This document shows positions 38,696 through 49,436 of a stretch of DNA of 64,000 nt, piece by piece. The notes beneath the pieces are model-generated. The model worked only from the letters and a program-made list of their open reading frames with translations. It was not told where the DNA came from and searched no databases. A program made the position numbers and the translations under genes. The first letter of the stretch is position 1. Each line of letters opens with the position of its first letter. Origin of the DNA: an uncultured Candidatus Saccharibacteria bacterium (GTDB lineage: Bacteria; Patescibacteriota; Minisyncoccia; Phycocordibacterales; JAACPR01); NCBI GenBank assembly GCA_964402215.1, contig CAYOAT010000003.1, positions 29,167 to 93,166 of the forward strand, given 5' to 3'.

Positions 38696-39387
38696 AAAAA
38701 ATTGAAATAATTCCAACAGTGATGCCAACAAATCACAATGACTTTGTGGAAAAAATTAGTCGTGTAAAACAATTTGTTAAAACTATTCAAATTGATGTTA
38801 TGGACGGGAAATTTGTTCAATCCATCAGTTGGCCGTACAATTCGAATGATAATTCTGATTGGTTAAAATATGTTAATCAAGAAGCCGGCCTACCATATCG
38901 GGACAAAGTTGATTTCGAAATTGATTTGATGGTTGCTGACCAAATTGAGGAAGCAAAAAAATGGATCGCGGCCGGTGTCATGCGAGTTATTTGTCACGTT
39001 GAAGCACTAAAAGAATCAGACAAAGAAGAGTTTTTTAAATTACGCGAAGATTTTAATGTTGAAATATATTTAGCACTTGTACCAGAAACTTCTCTTGATA
39101 TATTAAATCCTTATTTAGATAAGATCGATGGCGTACAATTTATGGGAATTAATAAAATTGGTTTTCAGGGTCAACCTTTTGAATCCTCTATCTTAGATAA
39201 GATTAAAAAAATTCGTTCAATAAAACCAGATATGGAAATTGCCGTTGATGGGGGAGTAAATTTTGAAACAGCAGAAGCTTTAGTTACAGCCGGAGCTACC
39301 AAGCTTGCTTCTGGATCTCTTATTTTTGAATCAGATAATGTAAAAGAGACTATTGATCAATTAAAAGACTTAGTAAGAGTAAAATAA
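38692..39387 (+). CDS. rpe: Ribulose-phosphate 3-epimerase-like (TIM barrel)
   Basis: IQIDVMDGKFVQSIS (HxDxMDGxFV motif variant), MGINKIGFQGQPF, AVDGGVN. Start overlaps rpiB stop. Confidence 0.6.
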   Translation: MKKIEIIPTVMPTNHNDFVEKISRVKQFVKTIQIDVMDGKFVQSISWPYNSNDNSDWLKYVNQEAGLPYRDKVDFEIDLMVADQIEEAKKWIAAGVMRVICHVEALKESDKEEFFKLREDFNVEIYLALVPETSLDILNPYLDKIDGVQFMGINKIGFQGQPFESSILDKIKKIRSIKPDMEIAVDGGVNFETAEALVTAGATKLASGSLIFESDNVKETIDQLKDLVRVK

Positions 39388-39436
39388 AAGTTGTTTTTAT
39401 TTTACTCTAATCTTTGTGTTATAATTTTCACTAGAT

Positions 39437-40309
39437 ATGGGAAACATAAGTGATGAAAAAGTAAAAGAGTTACAATTAAAAGCTAACGAAATTCGCAAAT
39501 CTGTTATTGAGGCTTTAACAGAAGCAAAATCTGGCCATACAGCTGGTTCTCTTGGAATGGCAGACATTTTTACTTATCTCTATTTTTACGGAATGAAGCA
39601 CGATCCACAGAGACCTTTTTGGGAAGAACGTGATATTTTAGTTTTATCGAACGGACATATATGTCCAGGACTTTACGCAACATTGGCTCATGCTGGATAT
39701 TTTGGTGTAGAGGAATTACAAACATTAAGAAAACTTGGCAGTCGACTACAAGGACATCCCCATCGTGGAACTTTACCTGGAATTGAAACCACTTCTGGTC
39801 CACTTGGTTCTGGAATCTCTCAAGCAGTTGGAATGGCACTGGCTTTGAAAATTGATCAAGGTAGAGCCTCTTCTCGTTCAATTTTTTGTTTAGTTGGTGA
39901 CGGTGAATTAAATGAAGGTCAAAATTGGGAAGCTATTATGTCTGCTGCAAAATATCGTTTAAACAATATTATTTTAATTGTTGATCGAAATAATATTCAA
40001 ATTGATGGTTATACAGAGGATGTTATGCCGCTTAATAAACTGGCAGATAAATTTGAAAGTTTTAATTGGCAAGTTCAAGAAATTGATGGGCATAATTTTG
40101 AAATGGTCGATGACGCTGTTGGTCAGGCAAAATCTTTTTTTGATAAACCATCAGTAATTATTGCAAACACTATTCCAGGCAAAGGAGTTCCTGAATTTGA
40201 ACGAAAACCAGAGTGGCACGGAAAATCGCCGAATCCAAAAGAGGCGGAAAATGCGCTGAAAGAACTGCGAACGCTCGGAGGAAAAATTATTTGTGATCAA
40301 TTGAATTAA
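39437..40309 (+). CDS. Transketolase, N-terminal (TPP-binding) subunit
   Basis: GHTAGSLGMADIFTYLY, GDGELNEGQNWEA motifs. 290 aa split-type. Confidence 0.85.
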   Translation: MGNISDEKVKELQLKANEIRKSVIEALTEAKSGHTAGSLGMADIFTYLYFYGMKHDPQRPFWEERDILVLSNGHICPGLYATLAHAGYFGVEELQTLRKLGSRLQGHPHRGTLPGIETTSGPLGSGISQAVGMALALKIDQGRASSRSIFCLVGDGELNEGQNWEAIMSAAKYRLNNIILIVDRNNIQIDGYTEDVMPLNKLADKFESFNWQVQEIDGHNFEMVDDAVGQAKSFFDKPSVIIANTIPGKGVPEFERKPEWHGKSPNPKEAENALKELRTLGGKIICDQLN

Positions 40310-40313
40310 ATTT

Positions 40314-41282
40314 ATGATAAGTAAAACAGCAAAAATAAATCCCGATGTCTTTGAATCAAACGTTTCGTTAAAACCTAATCGTGATGGTTTTGGTGATGGA
40401 GTTGTCGAGGCCGGAAAAACTGATAAAAGAATTGTTGTTTTAACTGCCGATCTTTCTGAATCAACGCGCGCAAATAAATTTGCTGAAAGTTTTCCTAATA
40501 GATTTTTTGATGTAGGTATCGCAGAACAAAACATGGTTTCTGTCGCATCAGGTCTTGCGGCGATGGGGAAGATCCCGTTTGCAACGAGCTACGCCGCATT
40601 TTCTCCGGGTAGGAATTGGGAACAAATTAGAACAACAGTTTGCTATAACAATCAGCCAGTTAAAATAATTGGTTCACACGCAGGTTTGTTTACCGGCCCA
40701 GATGGTGGAACACATCAATCTCTTGAGGATTTGGCTTTGATGCGAGTTTTGCCAAATATAGTGGTAATTTGTCCTTGTGATTACGAAGAGGCCAGGAAAG
40801 CGACAATTGCTTGTTCTACAAACAATAAACCGACTTATATCAGATTATGTCGAGAAAAAACCCCAGAAATTACAACAAAAGTGAAGGTTTTTGAATCTGA
40901 AGGCGGTAAACCATCCGTGGGAATTATCTCAACCGGAATTTTATTACATAAAGTTTTAAAAGTTGCTGATGAACTAGAACAATCAGGAACAAAAGTAGAA
41001 GTTTTAAATATTCATACAATAAAACCAATTGATGAAGAAGCAATTATTGATTTAGCAAAAAAATCCGGTGCAATTGTGACAGTAGAGGAACATCAAATTG
41101 CTGGTGGTCTTGGTAGTGCTGTTTCAGAAGTTTTAGCAAAAAATTTTCCAACACCAATAGAGTTTGTTGGAGTTAAAGATCAATATGGTCAGTCAGGTGA
41201 GGGGGAAGAGCTACTAACTGAATACGAACTTGATGAAAATGCAATTTCAAAAGCAGTTAAAAAAGTTTTAGGAAGAAAATAA
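40314..41282 (+). CDS. Transketolase, C-terminal subunit
   Basis: Pyrimidine-binding + C-terminal domain (GIAEQNMVSVASGLA...GSHAGLFTGPDGGTHQ). Terminator ccggcgatatgccgg+T at ~41283-41305. Confidence 0.85.
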   Translation: MISKTAKINPDVFESNVSLKPNRDGFGDGVVEAGKTDKRIVVLTADLSESTRANKFAESFPNRFFDVGIAEQNMVSVASGLAAMGKIPFATSYAAFSPGRNWEQIRTTVCYNNQPVKIIGSHAGLFTGPDGGTHQSLEDLALMRVLPNIVVICPCDYEEARKATIACSTNNKPTYIRLCREKTPEITTKVKVFESEGGKPSVGIISTGILLHKVLKVADELEQSGTKVEVLNIHTIKPIDEEAIIDLAKKSGAIVTVEEHQIAGGLGSAVSEVLAKNFPTPIEFVGVKDQYGQSGEGEELLTEYELDENAISKAVKKVLGRK

Positions 41283-41501
41283 AAAATCCGGCGATATGCC
41301 GGTTTTTATTAAATCTAACTTTCAATTACAATTTTATTTGCCTAAAATTCCTTAATTTCCTCGTGAAAATTTTTAATAGTTTCAACTCCTAATTCAAGTA
41401 CAAACAAAAAACCAACAAATATCCAGTAAACTAGTAGCATCGCTCCAACTATTGGCCAGAGAATGTAATAAATAATCGTTCCGAAATTCATACTCCCTAA
41501 A

Positions 41502-42503
41502 TTAAATTAATGATGGTTTGTAATAACTCGGTGCTTTTTCTAATAGTGCAAGCAATTCATTCTTTGAGAGATGTCCCGCTTGAGCACCGATGTATTGTAC
41601 TACATTCATTGAATTTATTGGACCCCACATAAGTGCTTCTTCCGTTGTTTTTCCAAGAGCGAGTGCAACTGTAAAAGTACTTGAGAACGCGTCGCCTGCG
41701 CCTGTTCGACTAATTGGAGGTTTTGGATCTGGATACATTTTGCCTTGTAAATATTTTTTTCCATCAAAAACATATGCGCCGTTTGGTCCATCTGTAATAA
41801 CTACAGTTTTAGGTCCGGCTTCATGAATTCCTGAAAGTAGATTTTTAATGTCAGAATCTTTTGTTTTTAAAATACTCTGGGCTTCTTCTTTGTTGCAGAA
41901 GAAAATTTCTGTGACTTCGTACAAATCTTTTAATTCTTCTTTACCTAATTTAATTTGGAATGTTCCAGGCTGAAAAGCTAATTTTGTTTCAGGATGTTTT
42001 TTTAAATATTTTGCAATTTCGTGGTGATGTTCCAGAGAATTGTTAGCAAGGGAACTCAAGTACATCCATCTTGGTCCCGGAGCAATATCAGGAAATTTAT
42101 AATCATACTCATTATGATGAACTAGAATTGTTCTCTCTTCTCTATAGCGCAAAATGTAGTTGTGATTTGACTTGTGACCACGATGAATTGTGACATATTT
42201 AGTATCAATATTATTTTCTCTCAAAGCCAAAAGAATTTGTGATCCATTAAAATCGTCACCAATGTTTGTAACGATTCCGGTTCGTAAGCCAAGTTTCATC
42301 GCTGCGTGAACTGCGTTCGGCGCGTTTCCAGCCGCAGGAATGGTTACTTCATCCTGGTAGGGAGTTTTACCACCAAATTTCATACACAATTCTTTTGATT
42401 TTTCTGGGTTATCGGTTTCGATCCATGCGTCTATTAATTCTATAAAAGTGTCGACGACAACATCGCCGACACCTAAAAAGTCAATTTGTTCATCGCTGTT
42501 CAT
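41502..42503 (-). CDS. PfkB-family carbohydrate kinase
   Basis: C-terminal GAGDAFSSTFTVAL anion-hole motif, N-terminal GG dipeptide region. 333 aa. Confidence 0.7.
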   Translation of the reverse strand: MNSDEQIDFLGVGDVVVDTFIELIDAWIETDNPEKSKELCMKFGGKTPYQDEVTIPAAGNAPNAVHAAMKLGLRTGIVTNIGDDFNGSQILLALRENNIDTKYVTIHRGHKSNHNYILRYREERTILVHHNEYDYKFPDIAPGPRWMYLSSLANNSLEHHHEIAKYLKKHPETKLAFQPGTFQIKLGKEELKDLYEVTEIFFCNKEEAQSILKTKDSDIKNLLSGIHEAGPKTVVITDGPNGAYVFDGKKYLQGKMYPDPKPPISRTGAGDAFSSTFTVALALGKTTEEALMWGPINSMNVVQYIGAQAGHLSKNELLALLEKAPSYYKPSLI

Positions 42504-42553
42504 ATATACATTATTTTAACATGAAAATATTTGTTTCTGTTATAATTAACAAT

Positions 42554-43588
42554 ATGGAAAAAGATAATCTAAATAAAAAATTATTAGAACAAATTGTTGC
42601 GCAATTAATGACTAAAAGTAAGGGTATTCTGGCAGCTGATGAATCAAATGAGACAGCAGGGAAAAGATTAGCTGAAATAGGAGTTCAAAATACCGAAGAA
42701 AATCGAAGGCTTTTCCGGGAACTATTTTTTGGAATGGCTGATATAGAAAAATATATTAGCGGTGTAATTCTTTATGATGAAACTTTTTGGCAAGAATCAG
42801 ATAATGGAGTTAAATATCCAAAATTTCTAGCAGATAAAGATATTTTGCCTGGAATAAAAATCGATCTCGGTGCAAAAGATTTTCCCGGTTTTCCAGGTGA
42901 AAAATTGACTGTTGGTTTGGATGACTTACCAGTTCGAGTAAAAAAATATGCAGAAAATGGAGCAATGTTCGTAAAGTGGCGAGCGGTTATTACGATTGAT
43001 GAGCCTAATAATTTACCAACTGATGAGGCAATTGATGCAAATGCCGATACGTTGGGTAGATACGCTAGGATTTGTCAGGAAGCCGGCCTAGTTCCAATTA
43101 TTGAACCGGAAGTTTTACTTGATGGCCCACATTCAATTTTAAAATCTGAGGAAGTTACTCGAGTTGTTCTTAAAAAAGTTTTTGGAAGTTTAAAAAAATA
43201 CAAAGCACATGTTCCAGGTTTAATTTTAAAGACCAGTATGGTTATTCAGGGTAATAAAAATCCCGACGAAAACTCTCCAAAGGAAATTGCTGATGCAACG
43301 GTTCGTGTATTACTTGAAATCGTGCCAAAAAATATTGGAGGAGTCGTGTTTTTGTCAGGAGGTCAAACACCGGTAGAAGCCTCGGCTCATTTCGATGCAA
43401 TTGCAGAAAAAGAACCGCTGCCATTTGAAATTGCTTTCTCATACGCTAGAGCTTTACAGGGTCCCGTAATACAAATTTGGAAAGGAAAACCAGAAAATGT
43501 GGCAGCTGCTCGTGCGGAATTCAAAAAACGTCTTGAACTTAATACTCTTGCAGATTCAGGGGATTACGATATTGGTTTAGAATATTAA
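42554..43588 (+). CDS. Class I fructose-bisphosphate aldolase
   Basis: Probable start MEKDNL. LPGIKIDLG, AMFVKWRAV, VPIIEPEVLLDG, Schiff-base Lys region LILKTSMV. Confidence 0.7.
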   Translation: MEKDNLNKKLLEQIVAQLMTKSKGILAADESNETAGKRLAEIGVQNTEENRRLFRELFFGMADIEKYISGVILYDETFWQESDNGVKYPKFLADKDILPGIKIDLGAKDFPGFPGEKLTVGLDDLPVRVKKYAENGAMFVKWRAVITIDEPNNLPTDEAIDANADTLGRYARICQEAGLVPIIEPEVLLDGPHSILKSEEVTRVVLKKVFGSLKKYKAHVPGLILKTSMVIQGNKNPDENSPKEIADATVRVLLEIVPKNIGGVVFLSGGQTPVEASAHFDAIAEKEPLPFEIAFSYARALQGPVIQIWKGKPENVAAARAEFKKRLELNTLADSGDYDIGLEY

Positions 43589-43641
43589 GATTAAATCACC
43601 ACAAACTGATATTGCTATTTCAAAATATCTATGTATAATCA

Positions 43642-44322
43642 TTGTTCATGATTGAATTACAAGTAGAAAAAAGAGACAGCAAAGAAAACAGCGTTGTTCT
43701 TAGAAAAAAAGGCTTTATTCCGGCTATATTTTATGGTCCAAAAGAAAAAGCAACTCCTATTAAAATAAAAGAAGGAAGTTTCCTAAGTTTGTATGAAACT
43801 GCTGGTGAATCTGCTGTTGTCGGTTTGAAACTTGAATCAGATGAACACGAAGCTCTAATCCACGATGTACAATTTGACGCTGTTTCAGGTCGTCCAATTC
43901 ACGCTGACTTTTATATAATTGAAAAAGGAAAGAAAATCGAAGTTTCAATTCCTCTACACTTTATTGGTGAATCTGCTGCCGAAAAAAATCTTGGTGGTAT
44001 TTTGATAAAAGTTATTCACGAGCTTGATATCAAGGCAATGCCAAAAGATTTACCAGCACATATTGATGTTGATATTAGCTCTCTTGTTGATTTCACTTCA
44101 AAAATTAAAACTGCTGATATCAAACTTCCAGCCGGTGTAGAACTTGATATAGATGAAAACGAAGTTGTTGTTCTTGTTCAAGAACCAAAGGAGGAAGTTG
44201 AAGAAGCTCCTGCTCCTATCGATCTTGAATCTATTGAAGTTGAAGCAAGGGGTAAGAAAGAAGAGGAAGGTGCTGAAGGCGCAGAGGCTGCTTCTGCCGG
44301 AGCTGCAAAAGAAGCTAAATAA
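43642..44322 (+). CDS. rplY: 50S ribosomal protein L25/general stress protein Ctc
   Basis: MIELQVEKRDSKENSVVLRKKGFIPAIFYG... beta-barrel domain plus acidic C-terminal tail. Confidence 0.8.
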   Translation: MFMIELQVEKRDSKENSVVLRKKGFIPAIFYGPKEKATPIKIKEGSFLSLYETAGESAVVGLKLESDEHEALIHDVQFDAVSGRPIHADFYIIEKGKKIEVSIPLHFIGESAAEKNLGGILIKVIHELDIKAMPKDLPAHIDVDISSLVDFTSKIKTADIKLPAGVELDIDENEVVVLVQEPKEEVEEAPAPIDLESIEVEARGKKEEEGAEGAEAASAGAAKEAK

Positions 44323-44370
44323 TCTGGGTCGGAATAATTTCCAAGATGATGATATAATTAATGACGCTGT

Positions 44371-45756
44371 ATGGCGTCATTTTTTTTAACGGATAAAAAA
44401 TTGTGTTTAAGGGCAATTTTATTAATTGTTCTTGCAATTTTTATACTTAATTTTGGTCATTCTTTTGTTTCTGCAGCGACACTTAGTAAGAGCGATGAAC
44501 GCGAAAGAGCTAATTTACAGGAAGAATTGGATAAACTTGAAGAAGAAAGAAAGGAACTAGAAGCGACACTAAATAAACAAAAAGGAGAATCGGCATCTAT
44601 TCAAGGTGATATTGGTATTTTGGCGAATCAAATATACCAGGCTGAATTAAATATCAAGAAAAAAAATCTAGAAATAGAAAGGTTAAGTGGAGTAATTTCT
44701 TTAAAAAAAGAAACAATTGATGAGTTAAATGAACAAATGTCTGATAGCAAGATGATTTTGGCTGAATTGATTCGTAGAAAAAATGGCACAGATAATACTT
44801 CACTACCAGAGATTTTGTTGGTAAGTGACAATTTGTCAGATTTCTTTTCAGAAGTTGACTCTTATTCAAGTTTAAATAAACAATTACAAAATCTTTTTTA
44901 TAAAATTCAAGAAATTGCCGCCAAAACTCAAACTGAAAAAGAGCAATTGGCTTCTCAACAGGCAAAAGAGCTTGATGCAAAATATGTTATTCAATCTGAA
45001 AAACAAGTAATAAATTCAAAAAAATCTGAAAAAAATAATTTATTAGCAGTTAGTAAACAATCTGAGGCAACTTATCAGCAAGTTTTAACCGAGAAAGAAA
45101 TTGAAATTGCAAAAATTCGTTCGGCGCTAATAAAATTTGAAGGTTCCGGTGTTACAGGAAAATCTATTTCTTTCGGAGAGGCATATGATTTTGCAAAATC
45201 TGCATCTCAGAAAACGGCTGTACGAGCTGCATTTATTATGGCGATCATGCAACAAGAATCCGGTTTCGGTAGAAATGTTGGAGGTTGTTATGTTTTGAAT
45301 GGAGATACTGGTGATGGTATTTACATAAGTTCTGGTTCTCCATCAATTAGAAATATGGTACCGGGAAATTTTGATAACTTTGTTAATATTACAAAATCAC
45401 TGGGAATGGATTGGAAATCAACACCTATTTCTTGTACTGCTTATTACAATGGAAAACCATATGGATACGGTGGAGCAATGGGTTACACACAATTTATTCC
45501 AAATACCTGGATGTTAGTGGAGGCTCGTGTTAGAAGTTATTTGGGTATTAGTGTTGCAAATCCATGGGAAGCCAGAGATGCCGTTATGGCTACGGCTGTA
45601 TTTTTGCAGGATCTTGGTGCGGCTCAACAAACGTATTCTGCAGAGTATAACGCCGCATGTCGATATTATGGTTCATGTGCTATTCACGGATACGGTACTA
45701 GTGTTATGCAAAAAGCTATTAATATTCAAGTGATGATTAATAAGTTGGAAGATTAA
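44371..45756 (+). CDS. Secreted coiled-coil protein with C-terminal lysozyme-like (SLT/transglycosylase-like) domain
   Basis: N-terminal TM/signal. ~250 aa coiled coil. C-terminal AFIMAIMQQESGFGRNVGG...GAMGYTQFIP resembles SLT catalytic E-S and GLMQ motifs. Confidence 0.5.
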   Translation: MASFFLTDKKLCLRAILLIVLAIFILNFGHSFVSAATLSKSDERERANLQEELDKLEEERKELEATLNKQKGESASIQGDIGILANQIYQAELNIKKKNLEIERLSGVISLKKETIDELNEQMSDSKMILAELIRRKNGTDNTSLPEILLVSDNLSDFFSEVDSYSSLNKQLQNLFYKIQEIAAKTQTEKEQLASQQAKELDAKYVIQSEKQVINSKKSEKNNLLAVSKQSEATYQQVLTEKEIEIAKIRSALIKFEGSGVTGKSISFGEAYDFAKSASQKTAVRAAFIMAIMQQESGFGRNVGGCYVLNGDTGDGIYISSGSPSIRNMVPGNFDNFVNITKSLGMDWKSTPISCTAYYNGKPYGYGGAMGYTQFIPNTWMLVEARVRSYLGISVANPWEARDAVMATAVFLQDLGAAQQTYSAEYNAACRYYGSCAIHGYGTSVMQKAINIQVMINKLED

Positions 45757-45807
45757 TTTAATTTTATTGTTATAATATCTCTATTATTAAATTAAGTACT
45801 TTTATAT

Positions 45808-47268
45808 ATGTTATTTAAAAATTTAAATCATTCGAATAAGCAGAAGGGTTTCACTCTCCTTGAATTGCTTTTGGTGATTGCAATCATTGCAATACTTGCT
45901 GCAATTGTCATCGTCGCAATTAATCCTGCTCGACAATTAGCCCAAGCTAGAAATGCACAACGAGCCAGTGATTTAAATGCGCTTCATAAAGCTGTTCAAC
46001 AATACTATATTGATGAAGGAGAATGGCCAGCAGATGGTAATAATGAATTAGATGCTGTTCTAGAAGATATCTGTGGTACGGGCGTTAATACAAGCTGTAT
46101 AGATCTTGAGGCTGTTCTTGTCCCCACATATATTCCTGCTATGCCAGTGAATCCATCAGGCGGTGCTTATCAAATTGCTCTTAATGATAATGGAAAACTA
46201 GAATTAGCCGCTGAAGGTTCTGGTGAACAAGATTTAACTCCTGTTGTCATTGGAACTACTACTGCTGTTGTGACGGTTGGTGGTGGAGGTGATGATCCTG
46301 AGTGTTCTGACGGTGAAGATAACGATGGTGATGAAGCGATTGATTATGACGATGGAAATGGCGACCCAGATTGTACTTCTGATTCTGATGATAACGAGAC
46401 TGGCGCAGTTGTTGTTGCATGTGAAGCGACTGGTGGAACAATAGATACATCAAGCGTTCCGGGCTATAAAATACATATTTTCGATACAGTGGGTAGTGAT
46501 ACTTTCAATGTTAATTCGGAAAGTTGTGAAATTGATATTGTAGTCGTCGCAGGCGGTGGAGGTGGTGGTGGTTTTTATCACGCCGGCGGTGGAGGTGCCG
46601 GTGGAGTAGTTTATTCTCCAGGTGGTATTGTTGAAATCGGTAGTTATGCCATTACTGTTGGGTCTGGAGGTTCAGGTGGAGAAGGTGAAATTGATTCAGC
46701 AGGGGTCTCGGGAGGTGATTCTAGTTTTGATGATTATATTGCATATGGCGGTGGCGGAGGAGGAACATTTCATTCGTATTCACCTGCAAGTGATGGCGGT
46801 TCAGGTGGTGGTGCAGGATGGTTTTCGACTACCCTTGGAGGAAACGCAGATCCCTTGGATCAAGGTAATGATGGTGGTTCACATTTACCTGGACATCAAG
46901 ATGATTCGAGAGCTGCTTCTGGTGGTGGAGGAGCTGGAAGTGTCGGTGAAAGCGCACCAATATTTTCACCATATCTAAAATCAGGCGACGGTGGAGTTGG
47001 TGTTGATTTTTCAAGTATATTTGGCTACAGCATAGGTGATGATGGATGGTTTGCAGGTGGTGGCGGTGGAGGTGGACACATGGGTTATTCTCAGCCTACT
47101 CATGCTGGACATGGAGGTTTGGGTGGTGGTGGCGATGGTTCAGATAATAGTAGTCCTGCTAGTTCTGGAATTTCTGGAACCGGTGGTGGTGGAGGCGGAA
47201 CAGGTGTAGAGGGTAGTGACGGTGGTTCTGGTGGCTCTGGAATTGTTATTGTTAGATACGCAATATAA
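45808..47268 (+). CDS. Type IV pilin-like protein with acidic Asp-rich linker and glycine-rich C-terminal domain
   Basis: N-terminus KGFTLLELLLVIAIIAILAAIVIVAINPARQLAQARNAQRASDLNAL. DDPECSDGEDNDGDEAIDYDDGNGDPDC. Long GGGGGGG/GSGG tracts. Confidence 0.8.
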   Translation: MLFKNLNHSNKQKGFTLLELLLVIAIIAILAAIVIVAINPARQLAQARNAQRASDLNALHKAVQQYYIDEGEWPADGNNELDAVLEDICGTGVNTSCIDLEAVLVPTYIPAMPVNPSGGAYQIALNDNGKLELAAEGSGEQDLTPVVIGTTTAVVTVGGGGDDPECSDGEDNDGDEAIDYDDGNGDPDCTSDSDDNETGAVVVACEATGGTIDTSSVPGYKIHIFDTVGSDTFNVNSESCEIDIVVVAGGGGGGGFYHAGGGGAGGVVYSPGGIVEIGSYAITVGSGGSGGEGEIDSAGVSGGDSSFDDYIAYGGGGGGTFHSYSPASDGGSGGGAGWFSTTLGGNADPLDQGNDGGSHLPGHQDDSRAASGGGGAGSVGESAPIFSPYLKSGDGGVGVDFSSIFGYSIGDDGWFAGGGGGGGHMGYSQPTHAGHGGLGGGGDGSDNSSPASSGISGTGGGGGGTGVEGSDGGSGGSGIVIVRYAI

Positions 47269-47329
47269 TTTATTTTGTTACGTATAAAATATTGCAAATC
47301 TAATCTTATTTTGATATAGTCAATCGGCA

Positions 47330-47596
47330 ATGAAAAAAGATATACATCCAGAAGGACATAGAGATATCATCTTTGTCGACGACTCAAGCGGCGAGCGTTT
47401 TCTTATTTCATCTACTTTAAAAACAGAAAAAACAGAAAAATGGACTGACGGTAAAGAGTACCCATCTGTTCATGTCGAAATTTCAAGCGCCTCACATCCT
47501 TTTTATACTGGTCGCGAAAATATTGTTGACACTGCCGGTCGAGTTGAGAAATTCAAAAACCGCGCTCTTAAATCAAGTAAACCAAAAAAGGCTTAA
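47330..47596 (+). CDS. rpmE: 50S ribosomal protein L31
   Basis: [29 protein letters not shown]...HPFYTG. Confidence 0.85.
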   Translation: MKKDIHPEGHRDIIFVDDSSGERFLISSTLKTEKTEKWTDGKEYPSVHVEISSASHPFYTGRENIVDTAGRVEKFKNRALKSSKPKKA

Positions 47597-47654
47597 CCAC
47601 TCCACTTAGTTAGAAATCAGAAACAAACTTCTGATTTTTTGTTATATTAAACAC

Positions 47655-48611
47655 ATGGAATTATCTGAATATAAAAAAAATCCAAAAACAAAATTTATCG
47701 CCGAAGAATACGAACGTCTTTTAAATAAAAAAAACGAGGCTTTATCTTTGTCAGAAAATGATGCAGAAATGCGTGAAATGGCCGAGGAAGAAATAAAAGA
47801 ACTAGATACTCAACTTGCAGATGTCAAAAAACAAATTGATGATATTTTGGAATCAGAAAAAGAAGAAATTGAATATCCAAACGAAATTTTACTTGAAATT
47901 CGTGCGGGCGCTGGTGGTGATGAGGCCTCTTTATTTGCTGCTGAATTATCAAATATGTACATTCGTTTTGCCGAGAGAAATGGCTGGCAAGTTGAAAGAA
48001 TTTCTGATTCCGAGAATGACGCGGGAGGATACAAAGAAGTTACCTTTGAAATTCATGGCCAGGGAGTTTATAAAAAAATGATGCAGGAAACTGGCGTCCA
48101 CCGTGTACAAAGAGTTCCTATTACAGAAAAGCTTGGCCGAGTACATACTTCGACTGCTTCAGTCGCGATTTTGCCAATTCGTAAGAATATTAAATTTGTA
48201 TTAAATTTGTCTGAATTAGAGTTTGAAACTTCACGTGCAGGAGGAAAGGGGGGCCAAAATGTTAACAAAGTTGAAACCGCCGTTCGAGTAATTCATAAAC
48301 CAACAGGCTTGGCTGTTCGTTCTACTTCCCAACGCAGTCAGCTTAAAAACAAAGAAACAGCCATGGGAATTTTGTCAGCAAAGCTGGATCAGCTACAAAG
48401 GGAAGAAGAAAACAAAAAATTTGGCGCAGAGCGCAATAGTCAAATTGGAACCAGCGATCGTTCAGAAAAAATAAGAACTTATAATTTTCCTCAAAACCGT
48501 GTTACAGATCACAGAATTAATGAATCGTTTCATAATTTGGAAGGAATTATGGACGGTGAATTAGACGATATTATTGAATTATTTAATAAGGAAACTCCAA
48601 AGGCAGAGTAA
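47655..48611 (+). CDS. prfA: Peptide chain release factor 1 (short form)
   Basis: GGQ motif ([21 protein letters not shown]) and RF1-type PxT tripeptide (RVPITE). Confidence 0.85.
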   Translation: MELSEYKKNPKTKFIAEEYERLLNKKNEALSLSENDAEMREMAEEEIKELDTQLADVKKQIDDILESEKEEIEYPNEILLEIRAGAGGDEASLFAAELSNMYIRFAERNGWQVERISDSENDAGGYKEVTFEIHGQGVYKKMMQETGVHRVQRVPITEKLGRVHTSTASVAILPIRKNIKFVLNLSELEFETSRAGGKGGQNVNKVETAVRVIHKPTGLAVRSTSQRSQLKNKETAMGILSAKLDQLQREEENKKFGAERNSQIGTSDRSEKIRTYNFPQNRVTDHRINESFHNLEGIMDGELDDIIELFNKETPKAE

Positions 48612-48650
48612 CTTGCCATTCGGAGCCTTATTTGTTAGACTCATCCCTAC

Positions 48651-49376
48651 ATGATTTTCGCAAAAGAGCAAAAAAAAGATCAAATAAAAGAGATGTTTGA
48701 AGTCGGAGCACATTTCGGCTATGCAAAGTCTCGCCGACATCCTTCAACAATGTCTTATATATTAGGTAGAAAAAATGGTGTTGAAATTTTTGATTTGGAA
48801 AAAGTTGAAAAGAAATTAAATGCAGCTAAAGATTTTGTTACAAAACTTGCGAGTGAAGGAAGACAAATTCTATTTGTCGGTGGAAAAATTGAAGCTCAAA
48901 GAATTATAAGAGAAATTGCAGAAAAGATAGAAATGCCTTATGTTGCTGGTCGTTGGATTGGAGGAACTTTAACTAACTTTGAACAAATCCGAAAAAGAAT
49001 TAATCGTTTTATTGAACTTTCTGATCAGAGAGATAAAGGTCTACTTGGTAAATATACTAAGAAAGAAAGACTATTAATCGATCGCGAGATTGTAAAGCTT
49101 GAAACTGCTTTTGGTGGAATTGTTAATATGGAAAGAAAACCAGCTGCAATGTTTATAATTGATGCTGATAGAGAGAAAAATGCACGAGACGAAGCTATAA
49201 AAATGAAAGTTCCAATCATTAGTTTATGTAGTACTGATTGTAATATTGCTCTTGTTAAATACCCAATTCCTGCGAATGACTCTTCAATAAAGAGTATTTC
49301 ATACTTTGCAAATGAAATCGCGACTACTTATAAAGACAATAAGAACAAGAAAACTTTCAAGCCTGAATTAAAGTAA
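48651..49376 (+). CDS. rpsB: 30S ribosomal protein S2
   Basis: EVGAHFGYAKSRRHPSTMSYILGRKNGVEIFDLEK. Confidence 0.9.
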   Translation: MIFAKEQKKDQIKEMFEVGAHFGYAKSRRHPSTMSYILGRKNGVEIFDLEKVEKKLNAAKDFVTKLASEGRQILFVGGKIEAQRIIREIAEKIEMPYVAGRWIGGTLTNFEQIRKRINRFIELSDQRDKGLLGKYTKKERLLIDREIVKLETAFGGIVNMERKPAAMFIIDADREKNARDEAIKMKVPIISLCSTDCNIALVKYPIPANDSSIKSISYFANEIATTYKDNKNKKTFKPELK

Positions 49377-49436
49377 CTTTTTCTCTAAAAAGTGATAGAA
49401 TAATTCTTGCTGTTTATTATTTAATTAATTTTTATT

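Noticed and set aside
46259-47330. Several plus- and minus-strand ORFs overlapping the Gly-rich pilin gene
   Set aside because: They are products of the GGT/GGA-rich repeats, which stay open in multiple frames. The pilin frame is supported by the conserved N-terminus.
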